Positions 8,203 to 16,945 of a stretch of 30,780 nt of DNA are shown here, one piece after another. Within the stretch, counting starts at the first letter, position 1, and each line of letters opens with the position of its first letter. The translations under genes were made by a program, and so were the position numbers. The notes under the pieces are model-generated. The model ran no database searches. It worked only from the letters and a program-made list of their open reading frames with translations, and was not told where the DNA came from. Source of the DNA: a virus (taxonomy: Duplodnaviria > Caudoviricetes); the IMG/VR virus record IMGVR_UViG_3300046051_000034, positions 1-30,780 of that record; one strand, 5' to 3'.

Positions 8203-9449
8203 GGCTGGGCAATGGAGAGGCCACCATCGTCGCTGTCGCTGGCGGTGATCCCGAACGCGATCGCGGAGTCGTCCGGCCCGCGCTCGACATCGTCAGTCCC
8301 TTCGATGACAGCGTTGCTCCAGGTGAATGTGGTCTTTTGCAGCTCGACCACAACGTCGTCGGTGGCGGTGCGGGCCATCTGGTCGATGAAGTCCGCCGAC
8401 GCGCCCCAGCCCACGAGGTCGAACTCGACACTGGTGTCGCGGTTGCCCTCATCAAAGCGGGGCCGGAAGGTCTCATGACGGGCGTTCGGATCGTAGTTGT
8501 TCGAGACCGACGCCGACGCCTGTGCGACGTCGTAGGCGAACGACGACCCGCCGCGCTGGATGGTCGCGCCCGTGATGCTCTCGAGGTTGTTGGTGACGGC
8601 GCTGCCCAGCGAACCGCTCCCAATGACGGGGACGCCGAGGTCGCCCTCGACGCCGTCGTCGCTGTTGCTGTAGGCCTCGCTACCACGGATGGTGGCGAGC
8701 GTATCGCCGCTGGACGATGTCGAGATGGTGATGTCGCCCGTCGTCTCGGCGTCGAGTTCCAGGCCGCGGATGCTGTCCCAGTCGGCCTTGGTCGTTGTGA
8801 CGGCCGACGTCCCGTTGAGCGAGACGGCTTCGCTGGTGCCGGTGTCGTCTTCGATCGTCAGCGTCTGGGACGTGTCGCCACTGTCCGACGAGACAACGTC
8901 AAGCGCTTCAGTGCCGTCGGGCTGGAAGATTTCGTAGTTCCGCACTTTCTCACACATGTATGTGAGTGTCATTTCGAGGGGCGAGCCGTCGTCGGCGGCA
9001 TCCTCGAAATCGGCGTCCGGATGGCCGCCCTGTCCGATGACGTACATGCGGGCGCCACTCGCACTGGCGGGGTCATCGGGGTCGGTCGTACTCCGGCCGT
9101 CCCGGATGCGAATACCGTGGGTGTTCTTGATTCGGTCATCGCTGTTGCGGTCGAAGGCGTCGCCTGCGGGATCGTCGGGGTCGCCGTTGCCGTCGACGAG
9201 CTGGCGCTGGAGGCGGTACGTGACCGTGATCTCGCCCTCCTCCATGCCCTTGTCGTGGCCGGCAGTGTCGGCACTGCCGAGCGCCTCCCGTTCGTTGACG
9301 CTGTAGCCTGGCGACCACGACACATCGACAACCTCGTCGCTATACGTCGTGTAGTCTGGGTCGGTGTTGAACGAGCCGGTCGTACTTTCTCTGTAGAAGT
9401 TGACTAGGCCCGTAAACAACCCCGACTCGGGGGTGTTTCGTTCACTCAT
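8199..9449 (-). CDS. Major tail (tube) protein (416 aa)
   Basis: Position after neck genes and before chaperone/TMP; acidic and beta-rich; no sheath gene present, so siphovirus type. Confidence 0.8.
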   Translation of the reverse strand: MSERNTPESGLFTGLVNFYRESTTGSFNTDPDYTTYSDEVVDVSWSPGYSVNEREALGSADTAGHDKGMEEGEITVTYRLQRQLVDGNGDPDDPAGDAFDRNSDDRIKNTHGIRIRDGRSTTDPDDPASASGARMYVIGQGGHPDADFEDAADDGSPLEMTLTYMCEKVRNYEIFQPDGTEALDVVSSDSGDTSQTLTIEDDTGTSEAVSLNGTSAVTTTKADWDSIRGLELDAETTGDITISTSSSGDTLATIRGSEAYSNSDDGVEGDLGVPVIGSGSLGSAVTNNLESITGATIQRGGSSFAYDVAQASASVSNNYDPNARHETFRPRFDEGNRDTSVEFDLVGWGASADFIDQMARTATDDVVVELQKTTFTWSNAVIEGTDDVERGPDDSAIAFGITASDSDDGGLSIAQP

Positions 9450-9643
9450 GTGGTTTCGTGTTCGGTGATTGCGTCGTATCGGTCGATAAGCTGTGCCCCA
9501 ACGGACTCAACAATCTGCGTCGGTCGGCCGAAGACCACCCCGCGGGCGTCGCCGGGCAGGTCTGCGACCGGATCGTCGACGAACTCCAACATCCATGGCT
9601 CGTAGAGGCGCGTCGTGGCCTCTGTGTGACAGATAATCCACAT
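9446..9643 (-). CDS. Small hypothetical protein (65 aa)
   Basis: ATG 9643 (MWIICHTEATT) lies just after the upstream stop; its stop overlaps the tube gene start. Confidence 0.65.
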   Translation of the reverse strand: MWIICHTEATTRLYEPWMLEFVDDPVADLPGDARGVVFGRPTQIVESVGAQLIDRYDAITEHETT

Positions 9644-9645
9644 GG

Positions 9646-10131
9646 TCAGCTGACGTATCGCAGTAGACACTCGACTTGCTCGCGGTAGTGCGTCGGATTG
9701 CGGTCGGTGTCGTGAGCGTCGCCGCGTCGCCGCGCCCCGAGCCAGTCATAGCCCGACGGCGGACTCGTGGCGCTGGCGTGACAGGCTCGGCGGACTTCTT
9801 CAGCAAGTTCCGCAGCGACATCAGCGGGGTGGTCGCTTCCCCCCTGGTAGGCGTCGTCGTCTTCCGGACCACCCCAGCAGTCGACGAGGATCGTGGCGAT
9901 GGTGGCCTGATTCGGGCCGCTGCCGTCGGGGCTGATCGACGTATACCCAGTCTGACCGCCGCCGGAGATGACCGGGTCGTTCGTGACGACCGCGATCTGT
10001 GGGTAACTGTTCGCGCCCTCGTAGTTCGCGTGGCCGATGTCGCTGCTGGGGGTAAACGACACCGAGATGTTGGCGGCGTTGACGTTACTTCGCAAGAACG
10101 AGACGAGGTCATCATTCGGGTCGGTCGGCAT
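9646..10131 (-). CDS. Tail terminator/tail completion protein (161 aa)
   Basis: Synteny just before the tail tube; YPQIAV and ILVDCW beta-strand motifs resemble the gpU/gp17-like class. Confidence 0.65.
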   Translation of the reverse strand: MPTDPNDDLVSFLRSNVNAANISVSFTPSSDIGHANYEGANSYPQIAVVTNDPVISGGGQTGYTSISPDGSGPNQATIATILVDCWGGPEDDDAYQGGSDHPADVAAELAEEVRRACHASATSPPSGYDWLGARRRGDAHDTDRNPTHYREQVECLLRYVS

Positions 10132-10318
10132 CAGTCACGCACCACCGAAAAAACCAAGCGACAGGGCACCAGACGTGTATACGCAAGCGCCCCGCCGAGG
10201 GCGGATACTCGGCTGTTGGTAGACCACAAACCCCTCCCGATGGGTTCATCAAGTCGGGCGCAGGCGACCGCGTGATGGCGCGACCGTACGGTTTTGAAGT
10301 CCATCAGTCACGCTCCAC
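10129..10318. mobile_element. 173-bp cassette flanked by 17-bp direct repeats, containing a 57-codon minus ORF (10131-10304) and a candidate plus-strand structured RNA
   Basis: catcagtcacgcaccac (10129-10145) vs catcagtcacgctccac (10302-10318), 16/17 identical; several internal stems. Confidence 0.55.
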
Positions 10319-10660
10319 GGCGATGACGGTCACGCCACTATCTTCGGGATACGTTGCCAGCACGCGATACGTCTGGCCTTCCGGGTGGACGAGTTTCGTC
10401 GGGTAGTCCGACTGCCCGGCCTCGACGATCGTCGTCGCACTGGCGTCGTACACGGCGCGCAACTCCAAGTCTGATTCAACCTCTTCGCCGCCAGAGGTCG
10501 TGACGACCGCCGGCGTGCGCGACCGGCGTTCGAGCGTCGCGACGAGCGTGCCGTCATCACTGTACGACGGCGTGTCCCGACCGCCGGACCCGCCGCTGGC
10601 GTTGCGGATGGTGTACTCGTTGCCGCGCTGGCGGATCAGGCGTTGAGCTGGGCCGTGCAT
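10304..10660 (-). CDS. Head-closure/head-tail joining protein (118 aa)
   Basis: Neck-module synteny; beta-rich with EGQTYRVLA motif like gp16/FII-type proteins. Confidence 0.65.
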   Translation of the reverse strand: MHGPAQRLIRQRGNEYTIRNASGGSGGRDTPSYSDDGTLVATLERRSRTPAVVTTSGGEEVESDLELRAVYDASATTIVEAGQSDYPTKLVHPEGQTYRVLATYPEDSGVTVIAVERD

Positions 10661-10663
10661 GGG

Positions 10664-11032
10664 TCAGACCTCTTGAATCGATATACTGCTGCGGAGGGTG
10701 CCGGTGTCCACAGCACCCTTCTGTGTGATGATACGTTGCATTTCGCGCTGGACGGCCAGCGCCGCCGCCCGCGTGATCGCGTCCATTGAGCTGTCGTTAA
10801 GGCCGCCGTCAAGAAACTGGCCGACTTCCGTCTCAAGATTGGCTTGGACGCGCTCGGCCGCCGGCCGGACGAACGGCCGGGCTTCCATCTTTGAGGTGCC
10901 TCTGTCGACAAAGATAGAGTAGCTGACCGTCGGCCCGACAATGTACGCCGTCTCGTCGTCAACATCAAACTTCAGCGTCTCCAAGGCGGCTTTCGTCGTC
11001 GCCAACCCCGTCAGTGACAGGCCCCAGCTCAT
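10664..11032 (-). CDS. HK97 gp10-like neck protein (122 aa)
   Basis: Motifs YSIFVDRGTSKMEARPFVRPA and VDTGTLRSSI. Confidence 0.85.
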   Translation of the reverse strand: MSWGLSLTGLATTKAALETLKFDVDDETAYIVGPTVSYSIFVDRGTSKMEARPFVRPAAERVQANLETEVGQFLDGGLNDSSMDAITRAAALAVQREMQRIITQKGAVDTGTLRSSISIQEV

Positions 11033-11034
11033 GA

Positions 11035-11403
11035 TTAGTCGATTCCTTTGGCGTCATGAACAGTGACACTGGCCGACGGTTTGCTGGCGTTGATGGTCAG
11101 CAAGCTGTCCGGCGCGCCCAAGCGCCGCGCCCGGCCGCGCAGTTTGTCGATCATGGACTGCTCGTAGGTTACCTTCGTCCGTCCCGACTGGGCACTCTCT
11201 TCGGCGCGGTCGCGCGTCTCGGCGATGAACAGCGCCGCCAAGACCGCTTCAAGATCCCGGCGTTTGTCCGTCCCATCGGCGGGCGGACTGTCCATCTCGC
11301 GATCGATGTCTCGGGAGACGCGATCGATAACGGCCCCGATTTCGGTGTCGTCAAGGTAGGTCTCGATTTCAATGCGGACATCATCGGCGGTGGCCGTGAC
11401 CAT
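11035..11403 (-). CDS. Head-tail adaptor (gp6/gp15-like, 122 aa)
   Basis: N-terminal ATADDVR motif; helical; second gene after the MCP. Confidence 0.65.
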   Translation of the reverse strand: MVTATADDVRIEIETYLDDTEIGAVIDRVSRDIDREMDSPPADGTDKRRDLEAVLAALFIAETRDRAEESAQSGRTKVTYEQSMIDKLRGRARRLGAPDSLLTINASKPSASVTVHDAKGID

Positions 11404-11406
11404 TAC

Positions 11407-11802
11407 CTACCCCTCCAACTCGGCGATCCGAGCTTCAATCGCGTCTTTCGCACCGGTGCGACTTTTGCCCGCCGCCTCGACCTCGAGGATCGTCTCCAAC
11501 AGGGCAACGTCGTCGACATCGGCGACACGCTCCTTGACCTCTGGAACCGTCAAATCGCTTGGATGTGGGTCAAGATCGTCGGCCGTGACGCCCTCGTCTG
11601 GACTGCCGTCGCCACCCGCCTTGACCTCGCCATCCGACGGGTCGTCCGTTGCCGGCTCGCCGTCGCTCTCCACAACGCGTCGCATCTCCTTTTGTGGCTC
11701 GCCGACGTACTCTGTGAGCTCGACGACATCGCCAGGCGCGACCACGCGGTCGTTGCGACTGTCGCGAAAGTCCTCAGCGCCCGTCCACTCGTAGCGAGGC
11801 AT
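11407..11802 (-). CDS. Post-capsid small protein with C-terminal HeH/Rho-N-like helical motif (131 aa)
   Basis: DLTVPEVKERV...EAAGKSRTGAKDAIEARI; directly downstream of the MCP. Confidence 0.65.
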   Translation of the reverse strand: MPRYEWTGAEDFRDSRNDRVVAPGDVVELTEYVGEPQKEMRRVVESDGEPATDDPSDGEVKAGGDGSPDEGVTADDLDPHPSDLTVPEVKERVADVDDVALLETILEVEAAGKSRTGAKDAIEARIAELEG

Positions 11803-11804
11803 TT

Positions 11805-12986
11805 CTACGCGCCCGTCAGGTAGACCGACCCCTGAATGTTATCGTACGTGCTTTTGAGGAAGGGCACGCGACAGGACAGCGTCTTGAACTCGGTCGCGAG
11901 TCCGAAGTCGACCTCTTCGCTGAGGTTCGTCGGCGACTGGGCGTTGATGACTTCGATGAATCGCGGATCCTTCGTGACGGCGATAACCTCGCCGTTCGCG
12001 AGGACGCCGCTTGCCCGCATGTCGATGTAGGGATAGTCCTGCTCGATGCGCTGGCGCAGCGACATGTTGCCGTCGCCGCGGGGGTCGGCTGCCCGAAGAT
12101 CCGACCGCTGGTTGGGATGGAAGTACAGCCACAGCCCCTGACTCTCAGGGTCCGGACCGCGGTTGTTCTCGCTCGTCTGGGTCTCCAGCGGGTTGAGGAT
12201 CTCGTCGTCGATCGTGTCCAGCACGTTCGACGGCGTCCCCCAGTCGCCGGTCGCGGTCCCGGTGATCGCGACGCTGGAGTCCTTGTAGCCGTACATCGTG
12301 ACGGAGTTGCCATGCGAGTCCGGCACCGTCGGACCCCAGCCGTCCTGCATCTGTTCCTCTTCGAGTTCGCGCAGGATGCGGCCGGCTTGCCGCGCCTTCC
12401 GGGTTTCGATGTCCTCGCCGAAGTTCATCGACTGCTGCTGCTCGCGGGCACTGATCGTGTAGTCGACATGGGCGATCGGCAGCGGCGTGCCGATGATGTC
12501 CAGCGGCGCCTCGTCGTCTTGGGCGCGGGCGCGGCCGTCCATCGACCGCTCGCCGCGGGTCTGCCACGTCCCCTCGCGCTGGCGGACGTAGACCGTCCGC
12601 GCCAGACTGGAGTTGACCGTGTAGGCCGCCTGGAGAACGTCGTCGACCATCGTGAGGTTGTAGCGAATCTCCTCCAGGTTGCCCTCGGCACGGCCCTCCC
12701 ATTCCTCGAAGTCCAGCACCTGATCGTTGGCCTTGAGTGCGGACGGCCGGCTGGTCGGCTCCTCGTAGAAGCCGAGCAGGAACGCCCGGTCGAGTTCCGA
12801 AAAGGCGTTGGCCTGCCACTGCTCGGCTTGCGGCCCGTAGCGCTCGCGGGCCGCCTCGATCGCGTTCGCACGGATGTTTTCGAGGTATTCCTGCTGCTGT
12901 TCGCCGTTTGCCACGAGGGCCATCTCCTGGCCCTGTGACAAATCAAGATTGTCGATCGTACTCCGGTTTGCCTGAATTTCCGGCAT
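11805..12986 (-). CDS. Major capsid protein, HK97 fold (encapsulin/linocin-like subtype, 393 aa)
   Basis: Position after protease and decoration genes; TPLPIAHVDYTISAREQ motif; expected size. Confidence 0.9.
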   Translation of the reverse strand: MPEIQANRSTIDNLDLSQGQEMALVANGEQQQEYLENIRANAIEAARERYGPQAEQWQANAFSELDRAFLLGFYEEPTSRPSALKANDQVLDFEEWEGRAEGNLEEIRYNLTMVDDVLQAAYTVNSSLARTVYVRQREGTWQTRGERSMDGRARAQDDEAPLDIIGTPLPIAHVDYTISAREQQQSMNFGEDIETRKARQAGRILRELEEEQMQDGWGPTVPDSHGNSVTMYGYKDSSVAITGTATGDWGTPSNVLDTIDDEILNPLETQTSENNRGPDPESQGLWLYFHPNQRSDLRAADPRGDGNMSLRQRIEQDYPYIDMRASGVLANGEVIAVTKDPRFIEVINAQSPTNLSEEVDFGLATEFKTLSCRVPFLKSTYDNIQGSVYLTGA

Positions 12987-13523
12987 TTAGACCACCTCTA
13001 CGTTGAGTCGCTCGGCAGAGATGCCGCCCTGGTCGCCCCCGCCGCCGCTGTTGTCTACGGCTTCGCGAGCGCGACAGAGCGTGGCGCCTGCCGTGCTGGT
13101 GTTTTTCAGCGATCCGTCGCTCGAACTGCCGAGCCGGTCGTCGTAGGACACGTTTGCCTCGGCCGACGTCGCTAACCCAGTCCCGTCTGCGAGCAGGGCG
13201 TTCTGCACCTCACAGCCCGGCTGACAGACAGCGATCTGGACCGACTCGCCGGCGTCGTACTCATGTTCGATCGGGATATCCGAGTCAGCGCCGCGCGGCG
13301 GCGCCCGCGGCGTCAGCGCGATGATGAAGTTCTCACCGACCTTGTCGGCAGAACTGACCGGCTGGACTGTCGGCGTCTCCTCGTGGTCGCTGTTCTCGCC
13401 CGTCTTCTCGACGGCCATCCCCGGGTAGATCGTGCTTCCCGAGGCGACTTCGGCTTCTTCGTAGGTGAACAGCGAGTTGTCACTTGCCGCGAGAATCTTC
13501 GCGTCGCTGTGCGTCGTCGGCAT
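12987..13523 (-). CDS. Capsid decoration/cement protein (178 aa)
   Basis: Between protease-scaffold and MCP; TIYPGMAVE and YDAGESV motifs. Confidence 0.7.
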   Translation of the reverse strand: MPTTHSDAKILAASDNSLFTYEEAEVASGSTIYPGMAVEKTGENSDHEETPTVQPVSSADKVGENFIIALTPRAPPRGADSDIPIEHEYDAGESVQIAVCQPGCEVQNALLADGTGLATSAEANVSYDDRLGSSSDGSLKNTSTAGATLCRAREAVDNSGGGGDQGGISAERLNVEVV

Positions 13524-14839
13524 TATTCGAACACCCCCGCGGAGACGTCACTCGTGAGGTCATCATCACCGCCGCCGTCGAAGTTTGCGCTAACGCCTGT
13601 GCCTGGGACGCCAGCCGACTCGGTGACGTCATCGCGCTTGGTCTCCAGCGCCGCTGTCGTCGGATAGTCCTCCAAGACGGCGTCGGGGTCGTCGTAGTCC
13701 GCAGAGTTGGCGACGATCGTCGTCGCCAGTTCCTGCTTTTCGCGTTCGGCGTCGGCGTTGGCTGCCAGTTCGGCCGCCTGATCCGCGGTGACGAAACCGC
13801 GTTCCTGAAGGCCGTCAGCCAGCTCGTCGACAGTCATGTCGGCGAGCGTCTGCGTGTCAGTTGCGTCGCCGCCGTCGTCGGCGGCATCGTCGATACTATC
13901 GTCGTCGGAGCCGTTGCCCGCATCGTCGCCGCCGGCGTTGGCCTTGACCTGCTCGAAGAGCCGATCAAGGCACTGCTCGCCCTCCCACTGCGAGACGTTC
14001 TCGCGGTCGAAGTCGGAGTTGGCGACGATGAAGTCGATTTTCGATGAGTCGTCCATAGTCTGGTTGGTGTCGTCCGCATCGTCCATGCCGGATTCCGCCG
14101 GCTCGTCAGAAGTGTCGGTGCCGCTACGCTCGTCATCACGCCACGGGAGTGCGTTGAGCACTCGCTCGCCAACGGTGCGCTTCGTCTCCGCATCGGGATC
14201 GGTCAGATCGACGGCGTCTGTATGAGCCGCTGCCGGGTCCATGTCCTCGCCGCTTTTCGGGTCATCGGTCATGGGCACCGTCAGCTGGCTATTCGCGGCC
14301 AGCTGTGGATTGATCCCACAGCCCTCCTCGATTGAGCATCGGCCCGCCCCGTCGGGGAGGATGGCGACGCTGTCCGGCCGGGTGATGGCAGCCGCGTTCG
14401 ACCGGTATGTGCCGTCGTACTCTCCCGGCGGGAGGTCTGTAGATGCATACTGCGAGGAGACTTCGATCGGATCGCCGTTTTCCAGCGCGGCTCTGAGTTC
14501 CTCAGCCTGCTCGCCGAGGCGATCAAGATCGTCGTGTTCGATTCGCAACTCTCCGGCCCGGACGTGCTCACCGTCGAACGTCGGCTGGCGGACTTCGCCG
14601 ATGTGCTGCTCCGGCCGATTGTGTGCTGGGATGGGTTTCCCATCGCCGTTCCGAGCGTGGTAGAGTGTGGCCGGCACGCCATGCCAACCGTTCGCTGTCT
14701 GCTCAATATTGTCCTGGGGGACGTATCCCCCATCAAGCGATTCGAGTGGCTTAAGAAACGGTACGTCTTCGATCAGAAAATACTCGTCAGTCGCTACCAC
14801 CTTGTTCGGTTCTATCGAATTTGTTACTAGTCTGATCAT
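13523..14839 (-). CDS. Prohead protease/scaffold fusion (DUF2213-like, 438 aa)
   Basis: WHGVPATLYH, IEVSSQY and PDSVAILPDGAGRCSIEEGCG motifs, followed by an acidic low-complexity scaffold tail. Confidence 0.8.
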   Translation of the reverse strand: MIRLVTNSIEPNKVVATDEYFLIEDVPFLKPLESLDGGYVPQDNIEQTANGWHGVPATLYHARNGDGKPIPAHNRPEQHIGEVRQPTFDGEHVRAGELRIEHDDLDRLGEQAEELRAALENGDPIEVSSQYASTDLPPGEYDGTYRSNAAAITRPDSVAILPDGAGRCSIEEGCGINPQLAANSQLTVPMTDDPKSGEDMDPAAAHTDAVDLTDPDAETKRTVGERVLNALPWRDDERSGTDTSDEPAESGMDDADDTNQTMDDSSKIDFIVANSDFDRENVSQWEGEQCLDRLFEQVKANAGGDDAGNGSDDDSIDDAADDGGDATDTQTLADMTVDELADGLQERGFVTADQAAELAANADAEREKQELATTIVANSADYDDPDAVLEDYPTTAALETKRDDVTESAGVPGTGVSANFDGGGDDDLTSDVSAGVFE

Positions 14840-14840
14840 G

Positions 14841-14909
14841 GATGATGTTCTGGGTGTACTGTTTCGTGTGCGTCTCCACGGTCGGATGGCAGGAACCGCA
14901 CAGCGTTAG
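14841..14909 (-). pseudogene. Possible remnant of an HNH endonuclease C-terminus
   Basis: Reads LTLCGSCHPTVETHTKQYTQNII, comparable to LMGLCRECHMKAERYTKTI at the end of the upstream HNH; no HH motif in the preceding ~30 codons of this frame. Confidence 0.4.
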
Positions 14910-14991
14910 GGCGTCCGGCGTCCGTGGCCGGGTCTTCGGAACACTGTAAGAGTAACTGGGGGCACGGGAAAACCCCCTATACGCCGGTTCA

Positions 14992-15147
14992 TCAGTCCCA
15001 TACCATACCTATTTGAGATTTGTTTTTCCAATCAGGCGAGAAGTGCGTGTCACCACAGTTACCGCAGCGGTAACGCTCATCGGCATCACCGTATGGCCAC
15101 GGCGACGATTCAGGCGCACCACACACTGGGCAACACGCTCGATTCAT
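14992..15147 (-). CDS. CPxCG-type zinc-finger microprotein (51 aa; not in the ORF track)
   Basis: MNRACCPVCGAPESSPWPYGDADERYRCGNCGDTHFSPDWKNKSQIGMVWD*; ATGA overlap with the HNH stop. Confidence 0.7.
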   Translation of the reverse strand: MNRACCPVCGAPESSPWPYGDADERYRCGNCGDTHFSPDWKNKSQIGMVWD

Positions 15148-15947
15148 TCTGTTAGTACCGCCTCAATCTCAGGGATGGTCTTGGTGTACCGCTCGGCCTT
15201 CATGTGGCATTCGCGGCACAGCCCCATGAGGAGCGCGTCGTCGTTCGTCCCACCATAGGCAACCGGGACGATGTGGTGGACGTCGTGGTTCCTACCGTCA
15301 GAGTACTCACCGCACCAGTCACACTGGCCGTTGTGTTTCTCCCGGTGCTCCCTCGCAACTGCCGACCATGATTCCTCGGAGAGGTGGCGTCGGACCGCGT
15401 CGACCAACGACCTCGGGGTGGAGTTTTCACGCTTCGCGTTGGTGAGGCAGTCGTAGTCGCAGAAGTGATCGCGGCCGTCGAACTGGTGGGGCTTCCGCCA
15501 CAGCTCCGAACCGCACCATTCACACTCGGTTTCCTCTTTCTCGTACTGCCAGTGGTCCGAGCCAGAGTTGTTCTCCGAGAGCCATTCGCCGTAGCACTCG
15601 TGGTCGCAGAATGGCCCAATTTCCCCAATGTGGGATTCGTTTTTCGTGATGTTGTCGCCACACTGCGAACACGGCTTTGTGACGCTGTTGTAGTTGTGGT
15701 GCTGTTCCCCCGTCCGATAGGCATACATGCAGTCCTCATCGCAGAACCGGCTATTGTGGCTTCTGTCTTTGCGGCTTTCGTAAGAACCGCCACAGTGGTC
15801 GCAGAACAGGGTTTCATACCCCAAACGCTCGCCGTGAGCTTTGGTGTGATGTTGCCGGACCCCCTGCTCGCTTTTGAAACCAGTTCTGCCACACGTCGGA
15901 CACTGTTCACCGTCAGATTCAACTTCTGTGAGTGTCTGTTGTCTCAT
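15144..15947 (-). CDS. HNH homing endonuclease with C2H2 and repeated CxxC...FCxxxC Zn modules (267 aa)
   Basis: C-terminal CDWCG...HDVHHIVP...GGTN...LCRECH; N-terminal CPTCG...HHTKAH; three treble-clef repeats. Start moved to ATG 15947. Confidence 0.9.
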   Translation of the reverse strand: MRQQTLTEVESDGEQCPTCGRTGFKSEQGVRQHHTKAHGERLGYETLFCDHCGGSYESRKDRSHNSRFCDEDCMYAYRTGEQHHNYNSVTKPCSQCGDNITKNESHIGEIGPFCDHECYGEWLSENNSGSDHWQYEKEETECEWCGSELWRKPHQFDGRDHFCDYDCLTNAKRENSTPRSLVDAVRRHLSEESWSAVAREHREKHNGQCDWCGEYSDGRNHDVHHIVPVAYGGTNDDALLMGLCRECHMKAERYTKTIPEIEAVLTE

Positions 15948-16045
15948 GCTTCTGATTCCCAGAAGCGCGGTCGGTGTTCGCGCACCGGCCGTTTCAGGCG
16001 TCGCGCTTCTTACAGATATGTGGGGTTTCGCGGCCTTAAACGTTG
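15948..16045 (-). promoter_or_regulatory. Putative HNH promoter and structured leader
   Basis: Minus-strand AACGTTTAAG (TATA-like at 16040-16035); hairpins CGGTG-CGCGAA-CACCG and GCTTCTG-GGAAT-CAGAAGC directly before the ATG. Confidence 0.55.
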
Positions 16046-16057
16046 CTGTAGGCATGA

Positions 16058-16945
16058 TTAGCCACCACCGGGGGGTATGACAGCGCATCTACATCTTGGG
16101 TGTATCGGAGGTTTGACAGGTACCTCTTTCCCGGCGGCTGTCGTGGTTTCAGACCGTGCCTCCTTGATGGTCCACGTTCTGCCTTCGAGGGCGGCGCACT
16201 GGGGGCACACACGAGCGTCGTTTGCTGTTCTCAGCTCCGCTTTGACGGTAACGCCCTCAACGCCAAGCTCATCCAGCCTGGCGAGTGATGCACTGTTAAA
16301 AGTGTCAATGACCGACGTTCGGGCCAGCGTTGTCGCCCTGGTCTTGCCGATCGCGTCGACGCGGTCGGTCAGACGCCGGGCAATGTCCCGCGGGTTCTCG
16401 CCGGCGGCCAGCCCTTCCGCAAGCGTCCGCGAAGATTGCTGGCTGACCGCCTGCGTAATCCCCTCAAGCTCGCTGTAATCGCGCGTGTAGATGAGTTGGA
16501 GCTCCTCACGATGGATCGGGCGGTTGATGACTGTCGCCACATCGCGATCGGGGATGTCAAGACCGATCTTGCGCGCCTCCCGGTCGGCGTGTGCGAGACC
16601 GCGCTCGTAGCTCGTTCTGACGAACTGGTTGTGCTTCGGGCCGATGGTCTCAAGGACCTCATTGTCCATCTGGCGTTGCAGCCAGGCGTCGAACGCTTCG
16701 ATTTGTCGGTCCCGGCGGCGTGGGAACTGCGAGGGGAGTGGATTTGCCTGGGCGCTCAGAAGACCGTCGTCACGAAGACCGAGGACATCACGGGACCGGA
16801 TGCCGTCACGTATTTCAGTGTTGATCGCGCCGAACCGACCACGTAATTTACTCGCATACCGGCCCCTCAACACCGATGTCCTCGTCGGATCCCGGTTTGC
16901 CTCCGCGTTCGCGGCGTGGTTGTGTGCGCGGGCTACCGCACCCAT
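16058..16945 (-). CDS. Mu gpF/SPP1 gp7-like minor head morphogenesis protein (295 aa)
   Basis: RATTLARTSV, DARVCPQCAALEG and PPIHPRCRCAVIP motifs; follows the portal. Confidence 0.92.
   Translation of the reverse strand: MGAVARAHNHAANAEANRDPTRTSVLRGRYASKLRGRFGAINTEIRDGIRSRDVLGLRDDGLLSAQANPLPSQFPRRRDRQIEAFDAWLQRQMDNEVLETIGPKHNQFVRTSYERGLAHADREARKIGLDIPDRDVATVINRPIHREELQLIYTRDYSELEGITQAVSQQSSRTLAEGLAAGENPRDIARRLTDRVDAIGKTRATTLARTSVIDTFNSASLARLDELGVEGVTVKAELRTANDARVCPQCAALEGRTWTIKEARSETTTAAGKEVPVKPPIHPRCRCAVIPPGGG

Noticed and set aside
10185-10262. tRNA gene
   Set aside because: Multi-stem fold but no canonical T-loop, D-loop or 7-nt anticodon loop.
10215-10300. Resemblance of ggttttgaagt to the 3' end of haloarchaeal type I-B CRISPR repeats (CRISPR-mimic idea)
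   Set aside because: Only ~7 nt match and no recognisable repeat body; not supportable without alignment to host repeats.
14906-14992. 28-codon minus ORF MNRRIGGFPVPP... coupled to the microprotein stop
   Set aside because: Very short, basic and motif-free; it overlaps a ggggg/ccccc hairpin and is more likely non-coding.
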